Both the position numbers and the translations under genes were made by a program. From IMG/VR virus record IMGVR_UViG_2531839665_000024: DNA of 48,253 nucleotides; one strand, 5' to 3'. Of the stretch, positions 31,533 through 42,927 are shown one piece after another. The stretch comes from a virus (lineage: Duplodnaviria > Heunggongvirae > Uroviricota > Caudoviricetes). Numbering within the stretch: position 1 is the first letter of the stretch; the number at the start of each line of letters is the position of its first letter. A model generated the notes under the pieces. The model made no database searches and had not been told where the DNA came from. It saw only the letters and a program-made list of their open reading frames with translations.

Positions 31533-31886
31533 GTGGCTGATTCCGATAACCTGTTCGATGCTGCCATTGCCCGCGCCGATGAAACGATACGCGGGTACAT
31601 GGGAACGTCAGCCACCATGACATCCGGTGAGCTGTCCGGTGCTGTGATACGTGGTGTTTTTGATGACCCTGAAAATATCAGCTATGCCGGACAGGGGGTG
31701 CGCGTTGAAGGCTCCAGCCCGTCCCTGTTTGTCCGGACTGATGATGTGCGGCAGCTGCGGCGTGGAGACACACTGACCATCGGCGAGGAAAACTTCTGGG
31801 TGGACCGGATTTCGCCGGATGATGGCGGAAGCTGTCATCTCTGGCTTGGGCGTGGCGTGCCGCCTGCCGTTAACCGTCGCCGCTGA
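31533..31886 (+). CDS. FII: Head completion protein FII
   Basis: 117-aa translation (GTG start) matches lambda FII. Confidence 0.9.
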   Translation: MADSDNLFDAAIARADETIRGYMGTSATMTSGELSGAVIRGVFDDPENISYAGQGVRVEGSSPSLFVRTDDVRQLRRGDTLTIGEENFWVDRISPDDGGSCHLWLGRGVPPAVNRRR

Positions 31887-31897
31887 AAGGGGGATGT

Positions 31898-32476
31898 ATG
31901 GCCATAAAAGGTCTTGAGCAGGCCGTTGAAAACCTCAGCCGTATCAGCAAAACGGCGGTGCCTGGTGCCGCCGCAATGGCCATTAACCGCGTTGCGTCAT
32001 CCGCGATATCGCAGTCTGCGTCACAGGTTGCCCGTGAGACAAAGGTACGCCGGAAACTGGTAAAGGAAAGGGCCAGGCTGAAAAGGGCCACGGTCAAAAA
32101 TCCGCAGGCCAGAATCAGGGTTAACCGGGGGGATTTGCCCGTAATCAAGCTGGGTAACGCGCGGGTTGTCCTTTCCCGCCGCAGACGTCGTAAAAAGGGG
32201 CAGCGTTCATCCCTGAAAGGTGGCGGCAGCGTGCTTGTGGTGGGAAACCGTCGTATTCCCGGCGCGTTTATTCAGCAACTGAAAAATGGCCGGTGGCATG
32301 TCATGCAGCGTGTGGCCGGGAAAAACCGTTACCCCATTGATGTGGTGAAAATCCCGATGGCGGTGCCGCTGACCACGGCGTTTAAACAGAATATTGAACG
32401 GATACGGCGTGAACGTCTTCCGAAAGAGCTGGGCTATGCGCTGCAGCATCAACTGAGAATGGTAATAAAGCGATGA
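31898..32476 (+). CDS. Z: Tail completion protein Z
   Basis: 192-aa translation matches lambda Z. Confidence 0.9.
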   Translation: MAIKGLEQAVENLSRISKTAVPGAAAMAINRVASSAISQSASQVARETKVRRKLVKERARLKRATVKNPQARIRVNRGDLPVIKLGNARVVLSRRRRRKKGQRSSLKGGGSVLVVGNRRIPGAFIQQLKNGRWHVMQRVAGKNRYPIDVVKIPMAVPLTTAFKQNIERIRRERLPKELGYALQHQLRMVIKR

Positions 32477-32868
32477 AACATACTGAACTCCGTGCAGCCG
32501 TACTGGATGCACTGGAGAAGCATGACACCGGGGCGACGTTTTTTGATGGTCGCCCCGCTGTTTTTGATGAGGCGGATTTTCCGGCAGTTGCCGTTTATCT
32601 CACCGGCGCTGAATACACGGGCGAAGAGCTGGACAGCGATACATGGCAGGCGGAGCTGCATATTGAAGTTTTCCTGCCTGCTCAGGTGCCGGATTCAGAG
32701 CTGGATGCGTGGATGGAGTCCCGGATTTATCCGGTGATGAGTGATATCCCGGCACTGTCAGATTTGATCACCAGTATGGTGGCCAGCGGCTATGACTACC
32801 GGCGCGACGATGATGCGGGCCTGTGGAGTTCAGCCGATCTGACTTATGTCATTACCTATGAAATGTGA
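32473..32868 (+). CDS. U: Tail terminator protein U
   Basis: 131-aa translation matches lambda U. Confidence 0.9.
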   Translation: MKHTELRAAVLDALEKHDTGATFFDGRPAVFDEADFPAVAVYLTGAEYTGEELDSDTWQAELHIEVFLPAQVPDSELDAWMESRIYPVMSDIPALSDLITSMVASGYDYRRDDDAGLWSSADLTYVITYEM

Positions 32869-32875
32869 GGACGCT

Positions 32876-33616
32876 ATGCCTGTACCAAATCCTGTAATGC
32901 CGGTGAAAGGTGCCGGGACCACCCTGTGGGTTTATAAGGGAAGCGGTGACCCTTATGCGAATCCGCTTTCAGACGTTGACTGGTCGCGTCTGGCAAAAGT
33001 TAAAGACCTGACGCCCGGCGAACTGACCGCTGAGTCCTATGACGACAGCTATCTCGATGATGAAGATGCAGACTGGACTGCGACCGGGCAGGGGCAGAAA
33101 TCTGCCGGAGATACCAGCTTCACGCTGGCGTGGATGCCCGGAGAGCAGGGGCAGCAGGCGCTGCTGGCGTGGTTTAATGAAGGGGATACCCGAGCCTATA
33201 AAATCCGCTTCCCGAACGGCACGGTCGATGTGTTCCGCGGCTGGGTCAGCAGTATCGGTAAGGCGGTGACGGCGAAGGAAGTGATCACCCGCACGGTGAA
33301 AGTCACCAACGTGGGCCGTCCGTCGATGGCAGAAGATCGCAGCACGGTGACGGCGACAACCGGCATGACTGTGACGCCTGCCAGCACCTCGGTGGTGAAA
33401 GGGCAGAGCACCACGCTGACCGTGGCATTCCAGCCGGAAGGCGCAACCGACAAGAGCTTCCGTGCGGTGTCTGCGGATAAAACAAAAGCCACCGTGTCGG
33501 TCAGTGGTATGACCATCACCGTGAAAGGTGTTGCTGCAGGCAAGGTCAACATTCCGGTCGTATCCGGTAATGGTGAACTTGCTGCGGTTGCAGAAATCAC
33601 CGTCACCGCCAGTTAA
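32876..33616 (+). CDS. V: Major tail tube protein V
   Basis: [36 protein letters not shown]... matches lambda V. Confidence 0.95.
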   Translation: MPVPNPVMPVKGAGTTLWVYKGSGDPYANPLSDVDWSRLAKVKDLTPGELTAESYDDSYLDDEDADWTATGQGQKSAGDTSFTLAWMPGEQGQQALLAWFNEGDTRAYKIRFPNGTVDVFRGWVSSIGKAVTAKEVITRTVKVTNVGRPSMAEDRSTVTATTGMTVTPASTSVVKGQSTTLTVAFQPEGATDKSFRAVSADKTKATVSVSGMTITVKGVAAGKVNIPVVSGNGELAAVAEITVTAS

Positions 33617-33631
33617 TCCGGGGAGTCAGCG

Positions 33632-34054
33632 ATGTTCCTGAAAACCGAATCATTTGAACATAACGGTGTGACCGTCACGCTTTCTGAACTGTCAGCCCTG
33701 CAGCGAATTGAGCATCTCGCCCTGATGAAACGGCAGGCAGAACAGGCGGAGTCAGACAGCAACCGGAAGTTTACTGTGGAAGACGCCATCAGAACCGGCG
33801 CGTTTCTGGTGGCGATGTCCCTGTGGCATAACCATCCGCAGAAGACGCAGATGCCGTCCATGAATGAAGCCGTTAAACAGATTGAGCAGGAAGTGCTTAC
33901 CACCTGGCCCACGGAGGCAATTTCTCATGCTGAAAACGTGGTGTACCGGCTGTCTGGTATGTATGAGTTTGTTGTGAATAATGCCCCTGAACAGACAGAG
34001 GACGCCGGGCCCGCAGAGCCTGTTTCTGCGGGAAAGTGTTCGACGGTGAGCTGA
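33632..34054 (+). CDS. G: Tail assembly chaperone G
   Basis: 140-aa translation matches lambda G. Confidence 0.9.
   Translation: MFLKTESFEHNGVTVTLSELSALQRIEHLALMKRQAEQAESDSNRKFTVEDAIRTGAFLVAMSLWHNHPQKTQMPSMNEAVKQIEQEVLTTWPTEAISHAENVVYRLSGMYEFVVNNAPEQTEDAGPAEPVSAGKCSTVS
34030..34036 (+). other. Programmed -1 ribosomal frameshift slippery heptamer G GGA AAG (G to G-T fusion)
   Basis: Heptamer GGGAAAG near the 3' end of G; the -1 frame continues as the T ORF (KVFDGELSFAL...). Confidence 0.8.
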
Positions 34055-34470
34055 GTTTTGCCCTGAAACTGGCGCGAGAGATGGGGCGACCCGACTGGCG
34101 TGCCATGCTTGCCGGGATGTCATCCACGGAGTATGCCGACTGGCACCGCTTTTACAGTACCCATTATTTTCATGATGTTCTGCTGGATATGCACTTTTCC
34201 GGGCTGACGTACACCGTGCTCAGCCTGTTTTTCAGCGATCCGGATATGCATCCGCTGGATTTCAGTCTGCTGAACCGGCGTGAGGCTGACGAAGAGCCTG
34301 AAGATGATGTGCTGATGCAGAAAGCGGCAGGGCTTGCCGGAGGCGTCCGCTTTGGCCCGGACGGGAATGAAGTTATCCCCGCTTCCCCGGATGTGGCGGA
34401 CATGACGGAGGATGACGTAATGCTGATGACAGTATCAGAAGGGATCGCAGGAGGAGTCCGGTATGGCTGA
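34036..34470 (+). CDS. T: T portion of the G-T frameshift fusion tail assembly chaperone
   Basis: 144-aa -1 frame ORF matching lambda T; expressed only as a G-T fusion in lambda. Confidence 0.85.
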   Translation: MFDGELSFALKLAREMGRPDWRAMLAGMSSTEYADWHRFYSTHYFHDVLLDMHFSGLTYTVLSLFFSDPDMHPLDFSLLNRREADEEPEDDVLMQKAAGLAGGVRFGPDGNEVIPASPDVADMTEDDVMLMTVSEGIAGGVRYG

Positions 34471-37042
34471 ACCGGTAGGCGATCTGGTCGTTGATTTAAG
34501 TCTGGATGCGGCCAGATTTGACGAGCAGATGGCCAGAGTCAGGCGTCATTTTTCCGGTACGGAAACTGATGCGAAAAAAACAGCGGCAGTCGTTGAACAG
34601 TCGCTGAGCCGACAGGCGCTGGCTGCACAGAAAGCGGGGATTTCCGTCGGGCAGTATAAAGCCGCCATGCGTATGCTGCCTGCACAGTTCACCGACGTGG
34701 CCACGCAGCTTGCAGGCGGGCAAAGCCCGTGGCTGATCCTGCTGCAACAGGGGGGTCAGGTTAAGGACTCCTTCGGCGGGATGATCCCCATGTTCAGGGG
34801 GCTTGCCGGTGCGATCACCCTGCCGATGGTGGGGGCCACCTCGCTGGCGGTGGCGACCGGTGCGCTGGCGTATGCCTGGTATCAGGGCAACTCAACCCTG
34901 TCCGATTTCAACAAAACGCTGGTCCTTTCCGGCAATCAGGCGGGACTGACGGCAGATCGTATGCTGGTCCTGTCCAGAGCCGGGCAGGCGGCAGGGCTGA
35001 CGTTTAACCAGACCAGCGAGTCACTGACGGCGCTGGTGAATGCCGGTGTGCGTGGTGGTGAGCAGTTTGAGGCGATCAGCCAGAGTGTGGCGCGTTTCTC
35101 CTCTGCATCCGGCGTGGAGGTGGACAAGGTCGCTGAAGCCTTCGGGAAGCTGACCACAGACCCGACGTCGGGACTGACAGCGATGGCACGTCAGTTCCAT
35201 AACGTGACGGCGGAGCAGATTGCGTATGTTGCTCAGTTGCAGCGTTCCGGAGATGAAGCCGGGGCATTGCAGGCGGCGAACGAGGCCGCAACGAAAGGGT
35301 TTGATGACCAGACCCGCCGCCTGAAAGAGAACATGGGCACGCTGGAGACCTGGGCAGACAGGACAGCACGGGCATTCAAATCCATGTGGGATTCGGTGCT
35401 GGATATTGGTCGCCCGGACACTGCCCAGGGAATGCTGGAGAAAGCAGAAAAGGCTTTTGATGAGGCGGACAAAAAATGGCAGTGGTATCAGAGCCGGAGC
35501 CACCGGCGCGGTAAAACCTCAGCATTTCTTGCCAATCTCCGGGGAGCATGGGAGGACAGAGCGAATGCGCAACTTGGGCTTTCAGCCGCCACGTTGCAGG
35601 CCGATCTTGAAAAGGCCAGAGAGATGGCAGCAAAGGACTGGGCCGAGTCTGAGGCATCACGGCTGAAATATACCGAAGAGGCGCAGAAGGCTTACGAACG
35701 GCTGCAGACGCCGCTGGAGAAATATACCGCCCGTCAGGAAGAACTGAACAAGGCACTGAAAGACGGGAAAATCCTGCAGGCGGATTACAACACGCTGATG
35801 GCGGCGGCGAAAAAGGATTATGAAGCGACGCTGAAAAAGCCGAAACAGTCCGGCGTGAAGGTGTCTGCGGGCGATCGTCAGGAAGACAGTGCTCATGCTG
35901 CCCTGCTGACGCTTCAGGCTGAACTCCGGACGCTGGAGAAGCATGCCGGAGCAAATGAGAAAATCAGCCAGCAGCGCCGGGATTTGTGGAAGGCGGAGAG
36001 CCAGTTCGCGGTACTGGAGGAGGCGGCGCAACGTCGCCAGCTGTCTGCACAGGAGAAATCCCTGCTGGCGCATAAAGATGAGACGCTGGAGTACAAACGC
36101 CAGCTGGCTGCACTTGGCGACAAGGTTACGTATCAGGAGCGCCTGAACGCGCTGGCGCAGCAGGCGGATAAATTCGCACAGCAGCAACGGGCAAAACGGG
36201 CCGCCATTGATGCGAAAAGCCGGGGGCTGACTGACCGGCAGGCAGAACGGGAAGCCACGGAACAGCGCCTGAAGGAACAGTATGGCGATAATCCGCTGGC
36301 GCTGAATAACGTCATGTCAGAGCAGAAAAAGACCTGGGCGGCTGAAGACCAGCTTCGCGGGAGCTGGATGGCAGGCCTGAAGTCCGGCTGGAGTGAGTGG
36401 GAAGAGAGCGCCACGGACAGTATGTCGCAGGTAAAAAGTGCAGCCACGCAGACCTTTGATGGTATTGCACAGAATATGGCGGCGATGCTGACCGGCAGTG
36501 AGCAGAACTGGCGCAGCTTCACCCGTTCCGTGCTGTCCATGATGACAGAAATTCTGCTTAAGCAGGCAATGGTGGGGATTGTCGGGAGTATCGGCAGCGC
36601 CATTGGCGGGGCTGTTGGTGGCGGCGCATCCGCGTCAGGCGGTACAGCCATTCAGGCCGCTGCGGCGAAATTCCATTTTGCAACCGGAGGATTTACGGGA
36701 ACCGGCGGCAAATATGAGCCAGCGGGGATTGTTCACCGTGGTGAATTTGTCTTCACGAAGGAGGCAACCAGCCGGATTGGCGTGGGGAATCTTTACCGGC
36801 TGATGCGCGGCTATGCCACCGGCGGTTATGTCGGTACACCGGGCAGCATGGCAGACAGCCGGTCGCAGGCGTCCGGGACGTTTGAGCAGAATAACCATGT
36901 GGTGATTAACAACGACGGCACGAACGGTCAGATAGGTCCGGCTGCTCTGAAGGCGGTGTATGACATGGCCCGCAAGGGTGCCCGTGATGAAATTCAGACA
37001 CAGATGCGTGATGGTGGCCTGTTCTCCGGAGGTGGACGATGA
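34463..37042 (+). CDS. H: Tail tape measure protein H
   Basis: 859-aa ORF matching lambda H in position and sequence. Confidence 0.95.
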   Translation: MAEPVGDLVVDLSLDAARFDEQMARVRRHFSGTETDAKKTAAVVEQSLSRQALAAQKAGISVGQYKAAMRMLPAQFTDVATQLAGGQSPWLILLQQGGQVKDSFGGMIPMFRGLAGAITLPMVGATSLAVATGALAYAWYQGNSTLSDFNKTLVLSGNQAGLTADRMLVLSRAGQAAGLTFNQTSESLTALVNAGVRGGEQFEAISQSVARFSSASGVEVDKVAEAFGKLTTDPTSGLTAMARQFHNVTAEQIAYVAQLQRSGDEAGALQAANEAATKGFDDQTRRLKENMGTLETWADRTARAFKSMWDSVLDIGRPDTAQGMLEKAEKAFDEADKKWQWYQSRSHRRGKTSAFLANLRGAWEDRANAQLGLSAATLQADLEKAREMAAKDWAESEASRLKYTEEAQKAYERLQTPLEKYTARQEELNKALKDGKILQADYNTLMAAAKKDYEATLKKPKQSGVKVSAGDRQEDSAHAALLTLQAELRTLEKHAGANEKISQQRRDLWKAESQFAVLEEAAQRRQLSAQEKSLLAHKDETLEYKRQLAALGDKVTYQERLNALAQQADKFAQQQRAKRAAIDAKSRGLTDRQAEREATEQRLKEQYGDNPLALNNVMSEQKKTWAAEDQLRGSWMAGLKSGWSEWEESATDSMSQVKSAATQTFDGIAQNMAAMLTGSEQNWRSFTRSVLSMMTEILLKQAMVGIVGSIGSAIGGAVGGGASASGGTAIQAAAAKFHFATGGFTGTGGKYEPAGIVHRGEFVFTKEATSRIGVGNLYRLMRGYATGGYVGTPGSMADSRSQASGTFEQNNHVVINNDGTNGQIGPAALKAVYDMARKGARDEIQTQMRDGGLFSGGGR

Positions 37043-37368
37043 AGACCTTCCGCTGGAAAGTGAAACCCGGTATGGATGTGGCTTCGGTCCCTTCTGTAAG
37101 AAAGGTGCGCTTTGGTGATGGCTATTCTCAGCGAGCGCCTGCCGGGCTGAATGCCAACCTGAAAACGTACAGCGTGACGCTTTCTGTCCCCCGTGAGGAG
37201 GCCACGGTACTGGAGTCGTTTCTGGAAGAGCACGGGGGCTGGAAATCCTTTCTGTGGACGCCGCCTTATGAGTGGCGGCAGATAAAGGTGACCTGCGCAA
37301 AATGGTCGTCGCGGGTCAGTATGTTGCGTGTTGAGTTCAGCGCAGAGTTTGAACAGGTGGTGAACTGA
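37039..37368 (+). CDS. M: Tail tip protein M
   Basis: 109-aa translation matches lambda M. Confidence 0.9.
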   Translation: MKTFRWKVKPGMDVASVPSVRKVRFGDGYSQRAPAGLNANLKTYSVTLSVPREEATVLESFLEEHGGWKSFLWTPPYEWRQIKVTCAKWSSRVSMLRVEFSAEFEQVVN

Positions 37369-38066
37369 TGCAGGATATCCGGCAGGAAACACTGAATGAA
37401 TGCACCCGTGCGGAGCAGTCGGCCAGCGTGGTGCTCTGGGAAATCGACCTGACAGAGGTCGGTGGAGAACGTTATTTTTTCTGTAATGAGCAGAACGAAA
37501 AAGGTGAGCCGGTCACCTGGCAGGGGCGACAGTATCAGCCGTATCCCATTCAGGGGAGCGGTTTTGAACTGAATGGCAAAGGCACCAGTACGCGCCCCAC
37601 GCTGACGGTTTCTAACCTGTACGGTATGGTCACCGGGATGGCGGAAGATATGCAGAGTCTGGTCGGCGGAACGGTGGTCCGGCGTAAGGTTTACGCCCGT
37701 TTTCTGGATGCGGTGAACTTCGTCAACGGAAACAGTGACGCCGATCCGGAGCAGGAGGTGATCAGCCGCTGGCGCATCGAGCAGTGCAGCGAACTGAGCG
37801 CGGTCAGTGCCTCTTTTGTACTGTCCACGCCGACGGAAACGGACGGTGCCGTTTTTCCGGGACGTATCATGCTGGCCAACACCTGCACCTGGACCTATCG
37901 CGGTGATGAGTGCGGTTATCACGGTCCGGCGGTCGCGGATGAATATGATCAGCCGACGTCCGATATCACGAAGGATAAATGCAGCAAATGCCTGAGCGGC
38001 TGTAAGTTTCGCAATAACGTCGGCAACTTTGGCGGCTTCCTTTCCATTAACAAACTTTCGCAGTGA
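37368..38066 (+). CDS. L: Tail tip protein L
   Basis: 232-aa translation matches lambda L (Cys-rich C-terminus). Confidence 0.9.
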   Translation: MQDIRQETLNECTRAEQSASVVLWEIDLTEVGGERYFFCNEQNEKGEPVTWQGRQYQPYPIQGSGFELNGKGTSTRPTLTVSNLYGMVTGMAEDMQSLVGGTVVRRKVYARFLDAVNFVNGNSDADPEQEVISRWRIEQCSELSAVSASFVLSTPTETDGAVFPGRIMLANTCTWTYRGDECGYHGPAVADEYDQPTSDITKDKCSKCLSGCKFRNNVGNFGGFLSINKLSQ

Positions 38067-38815
38067 ATCCCATGACAGAGACAGAATCAGCGATTCTGGC
38101 GCACGCCCGGCGATGTGCGCCAGCGGAGTCGTGCGGCTTCGTGGTGAGAACACCGGAGGGGGAAAGATATTTTCCCTGCGTGAATATCTCCGGTGAGCCG
38201 GAGGCGTATTTCCGGATGTCGCCGGAGGACTGGCTGCGGGCAGAGATGCAGGGTGAGATTGTGGCGCTGGTCCACAGCCACCCCGGTGGTCTGCCCTGGC
38301 TGAGTGAGACCGACCGGCGGCTGCAGGTGCAGAGTGATTTGCCGTGGTGGCTGGTTTGCCGGGGGGCGATTCACAAGTTCCGCTGTGTGCCACATCTTTC
38401 CGGGCGGCGCTTTGAGCACGGGGTGACGGACTGTTACACGCTGTTCCGGGATGCTTACCATCTGGCGGGGATTGAGATGCCGGATTTTCATCGCGAGGAT
38501 GACTGGTGGCGTCACGGTCAGAATCTCTATCTGGATAATCTGGAGGCCACAGGGCTGTATCAGGTGCCGTTGTCATCAGCACAACCGGGCGATGTGCTGC
38601 TGTGCTGTTTTGGTTCATCGGTGCCGAATCATGCCGCCATTTACTGTGGTGACAGCGAGCTGCTGCACCATATTCCTGAACAACTGAGCAAACGAGAGAG
38701 GTACACCGACAAATGGCAGCGACGCACACACTCCCTCTGGCGTCACCGGGAATGGCACGCATCTGCCTTTACGGGGATTTGCAACGATTTGGCCGCCGCA
38801 TCGACCTTCGTGTGA
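38063..38815 (+). CDS. K: Tail tip assembly protein K (JAB/MPN and NlpC/P60-like domains)
   Basis: Translation matches lambda K (HSHPGG motif); exact start codon uncertain. Confidence 0.85.
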   Translation: MNPMTETESAILAHARRCAPAESCGFVVRTPEGERYFPCVNISGEPEAYFRMSPEDWLRAEMQGEIVALVHSHPGGLPWLSETDRRLQVQSDLPWWLVCRGAIHKFRCVPHLSGRRFEHGVTDCYTLFRDAYHLAGIEMPDFHREDDWWRHGQNLYLDNLEATGLYQVPLSSAQPGDVLLCCFGSSVPNHAAIYCGDSELLHHIPEQLSKRERYTDKWQRRTHSLWRHREWHASAFTGICNDLAAASTFV

Positions 38816-39384
38816 AAACGGGGGCTGAAGCCATCCGGGCGCTGGCCACACAGCTACCGGCGTTTCGTCAGAAACTGAATGAGGGCTGGTATCAGGTACG
38901 GATTGCCGGGCGGGACGTCAGCACGTCCGGGTTAACGGCGCAGTTACATGAGACTCTGCCTGACGGCGCTGTGATTCATATTGTTCCCAGAGTCGCCGGG
39001 GCCAAGTCAGGGGGCGTATTCCAGATTGTTCTGGGGGCTGCCGCCATTGCCGGATCATTCTTTACTGCCGGAGCCACCCTTGCAGCATGGGGGGCAGCCA
39101 TTGGGGCCGGTGGTATGACCGGCATCCTGTTTTCTCTCGGTGCCAGTATGGTGCTCGGTGGTGTGGCGCAGATGCTGGCACCGAAAGCCGGAACTCCCCG
39201 TACACAGACAACGGATAACGGTAAGCAGAACACCTATTTCTCCTCACTGGATAACATGGTTGCCCAGGGCAATGTTCTGCCTGTTCTGTACGGGGAAATG
39301 CGCGTGGGGTCTCGCGTGGTTTCTCAGGAGATCAGCACGGCAGACGAAGGGGATGGTGGTCAGGTTGTGGTGATTGGTCGCTGA
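38713..39384 (+). CDS. I: Tail assembly protein I
   Basis: 223-aa translation matches lambda I; overlaps K 3' end as in lambda. Confidence 0.9.
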   Translation: MAATHTLPLASPGMARICLYGDLQRFGRRIDLRVKTGAEAIRALATQLPAFRQKLNEGWYQVRIAGRDVSTSGLTAQLHETLPDGAVIHIVPRVAGAKSGGVFQIVLGAAAIAGSFFTAGATLAAWGAAIGAGGMTGILFSLGASMVLGGVAQMLAPKAGTPRTQTTDNGKQNTYFSSLDNMVAQGNVLPVLYGEMRVGSRVVSQEISTADEGDGGQVVVIGR

Positions 39385-39443
39385 TGAAAAACGTTTATGT
39401 GAAACCGCCTCCGGGCGGTTTTGTCGTTTATGGAGCGTGAGGA

Positions 39444-42400
39444 ATGGGTAAAGGCAGCAGTAAGGGGCATACTCCGCGCGAAGCGAAGGACAACCTGAAG
39501 TCCACGCAGTTGCTGAGTGTGATCGATGCCATCAGCGAAGGGCCGATTGAAGGTCCGGTGGATGGATTAAAAAGCGTGCTGCTGAACAGTACGCCAGTGC
39601 TGGACAGTGAGGGGAATACCAACATCTCCGGCGTCACGGTGGTGTTCCGGGCCGGTGAGCAGGAGCAGACACCGCCGGAGGGATTTGAATCCTCCGGCTC
39701 CGAGACGGTGCTGGGTACGGAAGTGAAATACGACACGCCGATCACCTGGACCATCACGTCGGCAAACATTGACCGACTGCGTGTTACCTTCGGCGTGCAG
39801 GCACTGGTGGAAACCACCTCAAAGGGGGACAGGAATCCGTCGGAAGTCCGCCTGCTGGTTCAGATACAGCGTAATGGTGGCTGGGTGACGGAAAAAGACA
39901 TCACCATTAAGGGCAAAACCACCTCGCAGTATCTGGCCTCGGTGGTGGTGGGTAACCTGCCGCCGCGCCCGTTCAGTATACGGATGCGCAGGATGACGCC
40001 GGACAGCACCACAGACCAGCTGCAGAACAAAACGCTCTGGTCGTCATACACCGAAATCATCGATGTGAAACAGTGCTACCCGAACACGGCACTGGTCGGT
40101 GTGCAGGTGGACTCGGAGCAGTTCGGCAGCCAGCAGGTGAGCCGTAATTATCATCTGCGCGGGCGTATTCTGCAGGTGCCGTCGAACTATAACCCGCAGA
40201 CGCGGCAATACAGCGGTATCTGGGACGGAACGTTTAAACCGGCATACAGCAACAACATGGCCTGGTGTCTGTGGGATATGCTGACCCATCCGCGCTACGG
40301 CATGGGGAAACGTCTTGGTGCGGCGGATGTGGATAAATGGGCGCTGTATGTCATCGGCCAGAATTGCGACCAGTCGGTGCCGGACGGCTTTGGCGGCACG
40401 GAGCCGCGCATCACCTGTAATGCCTGGCTGACCACACAGCGCAAGGCGTGGGATGTGCTCAGTGATTTCTGCTCGGCGATGCGCTGTATGCCGATATGGA
40501 ACGGGCAGACGCTGACGTTCGTGCAGGACCGACCATCAGATAAGGTGTGGACCTATAACCGCAGTAATGTGGTGATGCCGGATGATGGCGCGCCGTTCCG
40601 CTACAGCTTCAGCGCCCTGAAGGACCGCCATAATGCCGTTGAGGTGAACTGGATTGACCCGGATAACGGCTGGGAGACGGCGACAGAGCTTGTGGAGGAC
40701 ACGCAGGCCATTGCCCGTTACGGTCGTAACGTCACGAAGATGGATGCCTTTGGCTGTACCAGTCGGGGGCAGGCGCACCGCGCCGGGCTGTGGCTGATTA
40801 AAACGGAACTGCTGGAAACGCAGACCGTGGACTTCAGCGTGGGTGCGGAAGGGCTTCGCCATGTACCGGGGGATGTCATTGAAATCTGCGATGATGACTA
40901 TGCGGGTATCAGCACCGGCGGGCGCGTGCTGGCGGTGAACAGCCAGACCCGGACGCTGACGCTCGACCGTGAAATCACGCTGCCATCCTCCGGTACCACG
41001 CTGATAAGCCTGGTTGACGGAAGTGGCAATCCGGTCAGCGTGGAGGTCCAGTCCGTCACCGACGGCGTGAAGGTAAAAGTGAGCCGTGTTCCTGACGGCG
41101 TTGCCGGATACAGCGTGTGGGGGCTGAAGCTGCCGACGCTGCGCCAGCGACTGTTCCGCTGCGTGAGTATCCGTGAGAACGACGACGGCACGTATGCCAT
41201 CACCGCCGTGCAGCATGTGCCGGAAAAAGAGGCCATCGTGGATAACGGGGCGCACTTTGACGGCGACCAGAGCGGCACGGTGAATGGTGTCACGCCGCCA
41301 GCGGTGCAGCACCTGACTGCCGAAGTCACCGCAGACAGCGGGGAATATCAGGTGCTGGCGCGCTGGGACACACCGAAGGTGGTGAAGGGCGTGAGCTTCC
41401 TGCTCCGTCTGACCGTAACAGCGGACGACGGCAGTGAGCGGCTGGTCAGCACGGCCCGGACGACGGAAACCACATACCGCTTCACACAACTGGCGTTGGG
41501 GAACTACAGGCTGACAGTCCGGGCGGTAAATGCGTGGGGACAGCAGGGCGATCCGGCATCGGTATCGTTCCGGATTGCCGCACCGGCAGCGCCGTCTCGG
41601 ATTGAGCTGACACCGGGCTATTTTCAGATAACCGCCACGCCGCATCTTGCGGTTTATGACCCGACGGTACAGTTTGAGTTCTGGTTCTCGGAAAAACGGA
41701 TTGCGGATATCAGGCAGGTTGAAACCAGCGCGCGTTATCTTGGTACGGCACTGTACTGGATAGCCGCCAGTATCAATATCAAACCGGGCCATGATTATTA
41801 TTTTTACGTTCGCAGTGTGAACACCGTTGGCAAATCGGCATTCGTGGAGGCTGTCGGTCAGCCGAGCGATGATGCGGAAGGTTATCTGAATTTTTATAAA
41901 GGGTTGATCAATAAAACGCATCTCGGCAAGGAGCTACTGGAAAACTTTGAGCTGACGGAAGATAACGCCAGCAAACTGGAGCAGTTTTCGAAAGAGTGGA
42001 AGGACGCCAACGATAAGTGGAATGCCATGTGGGGCGTCAAAATTGAGCAGACCAAAGACGGCAAACATTATGTCGCGGGTATTGGCCTCAGCATGGAGGA
42101 CACGGAGGAAGGCAAACTGAGCCAGTTCCTGGTTGCCGCTAACCGTATCGCGTTTATTGATCCGTCTAATGGCAACACAAGACCAATGTTTGTTGGTCAG
42201 GGCGATCAGATATTCATGAATGAAGTGTTCCTGAAACGCCTGACGGCCCCCACCATTACCAGCGGCGGTAATCCTCCGGCATTTTCCCTGACATCAGACG
42301 GGAGACTGACGGCGAAAAATGCGGATATCAGTGGCAGTGTGAATGCGAACTCAGGAACGCTCAACAATGTCACGATTAACCAGAACTGTACGATTAAGGG

Positions 42401-42857
42401 CATGCTGGAGGCGACCCAGGTCAGAGGAGATTTCGTTAAAGCTGTATCAAAAGCCTTCCCGAAAAAAGTCGGTACGTGGGGTAACACGGAAACACCAAAC
42501 GGTACGGTTACAGTCACCATCAGCGATGATCATAACTTTGACCGCCAGATTATTATTCCGCCCATTATTTTTAACGGTATAGCGTATGACGATCCGGGGA
42601 GCGGAAATAACCCAGGAGGCACGCGATACACGGGTTATGGTTTTGAAGTTCGCAAAAACGGCGTATTAATCGCATCCAGAGAAACTAAAGGGGCCATTCC
42701 CGGTAGTTACAGTGCAGTTATTGATATGCCGAGTGGCAGGGGAAGCGTCACTCTGGAGTTTAAGATTTTCCAGAAAGGCAATCAGGGGGCAGGCAATATC
42801 ACCGACTGTACGGTGATTGTGACCAAAAAAGCCGCTTCCGGCATCAGTATTCGTTGA
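39444..42857 (+). CDS. J: Central tail fibre / host specificity protein J
   Basis: 1137-aa ORF matching lambda J over its length as far as I can judge. Confidence 0.95.
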   Translation: MGKGSSKGHTPREAKDNLKSTQLLSVIDAISEGPIEGPVDGLKSVLLNSTPVLDSEGNTNISGVTVVFRAGEQEQTPPEGFESSGSETVLGTEVKYDTPITWTITSANIDRLRVTFGVQALVETTSKGDRNPSEVRLLVQIQRNGGWVTEKDITIKGKTTSQYLASVVVGNLPPRPFSIRMRRMTPDSTTDQLQNKTLWSSYTEIIDVKQCYPNTALVGVQVDSEQFGSQQVSRNYHLRGRILQVPSNYNPQTRQYSGIWDGTFKPAYSNNMAWCLWDMLTHPRYGMGKRLGAADVDKWALYVIGQNCDQSVPDGFGGTEPRITCNAWLTTQRKAWDVLSDFCSAMRCMPIWNGQTLTFVQDRPSDKVWTYNRSNVVMPDDGAPFRYSFSALKDRHNAVEVNWIDPDNGWETATELVEDTQAIARYGRNVTKMDAFGCTSRGQAHRAGLWLIKTELLETQTVDFSVGAEGLRHVPGDVIEICDDDYAGISTGGRVLAVNSQTRTLTLDREITLPSSGTTLISLVDGSGNPVSVEVQSVTDGVKVKVSRVPDGVAGYSVWGLKLPTLRQRLFRCVSIRENDDGTYAITAVQHVPEKEAIVDNGAHFDGDQSGTVNGVTPPAVQHLTAEVTADSGEYQVLARWDTPKVVKGVSFLLRLTVTADDGSERLVSTARTTETTYRFTQLALGNYRLTVRAVNAWGQQGDPASVSFRIAAPAAPSRIELTPGYFQITATPHLAVYDPTVQFEFWFSEKRIADIRQVETSARYLGTALYWIAASINIKPGHDYYFYVRSVNTVGKSAFVEAVGQPSDDAEGYLNFYKGLINKTHLGKELLENFELTEDNASKLEQFSKEWKDANDKWNAMWGVKIEQTKDGKHYVAGIGLSMEDTEEGKLSQFLVAANRIAFIDPSNGNTRPMFVGQGDQIFMNEVFLKRLTAPTITSGGNPPAFSLTSDGRLTAKNADISGSVNANSGTLNNVTINQNCTIKGMLEATQVRGDFVKAVSKAFPKKVGTWGNTETPNGTVTVTISDDHNFDRQIIIPPIIFNGIAYDDPGSGNNPGGTRYTGYGFEVRKNGVLIASRETKGAIPGSYSAVIDMPSGRGSVTLEFKIFQKGNQGAGNITDCTVIVTKKAASGISIR

Positions 42858-42927
42858 AATATTTATAACCCCAATAAAGGGCGTCAGGAATGACGCCTTT
42901 TTTATTGCAGAAAAGCGAGAGGTAATT

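Noticed and set aside
35021-36651. Several 100-200-aa minus-strand and off-frame ORFs within the tape measure gene H
   Set aside because: Pro/Arg/Ser/Ala-rich translations antisense to a confidently identified 859-aa gene; characteristic of GC-rich coding DNA read in the wrong frame.
37266-38762. 498-aa minus-strand ORF spanning genes M, L and K
   Set aside because: Antisense to three conserved co-linear tail genes; translation is low-complexity (Ala/Pro/Arg-rich) with no recognisable domain.
40536-41921. 461-aa minus-strand ORF inside J
   Set aside because: Antisense to J, Arg-rich, no motif; a long antisense ORF is expected by chance in GC-rich coding sequence.
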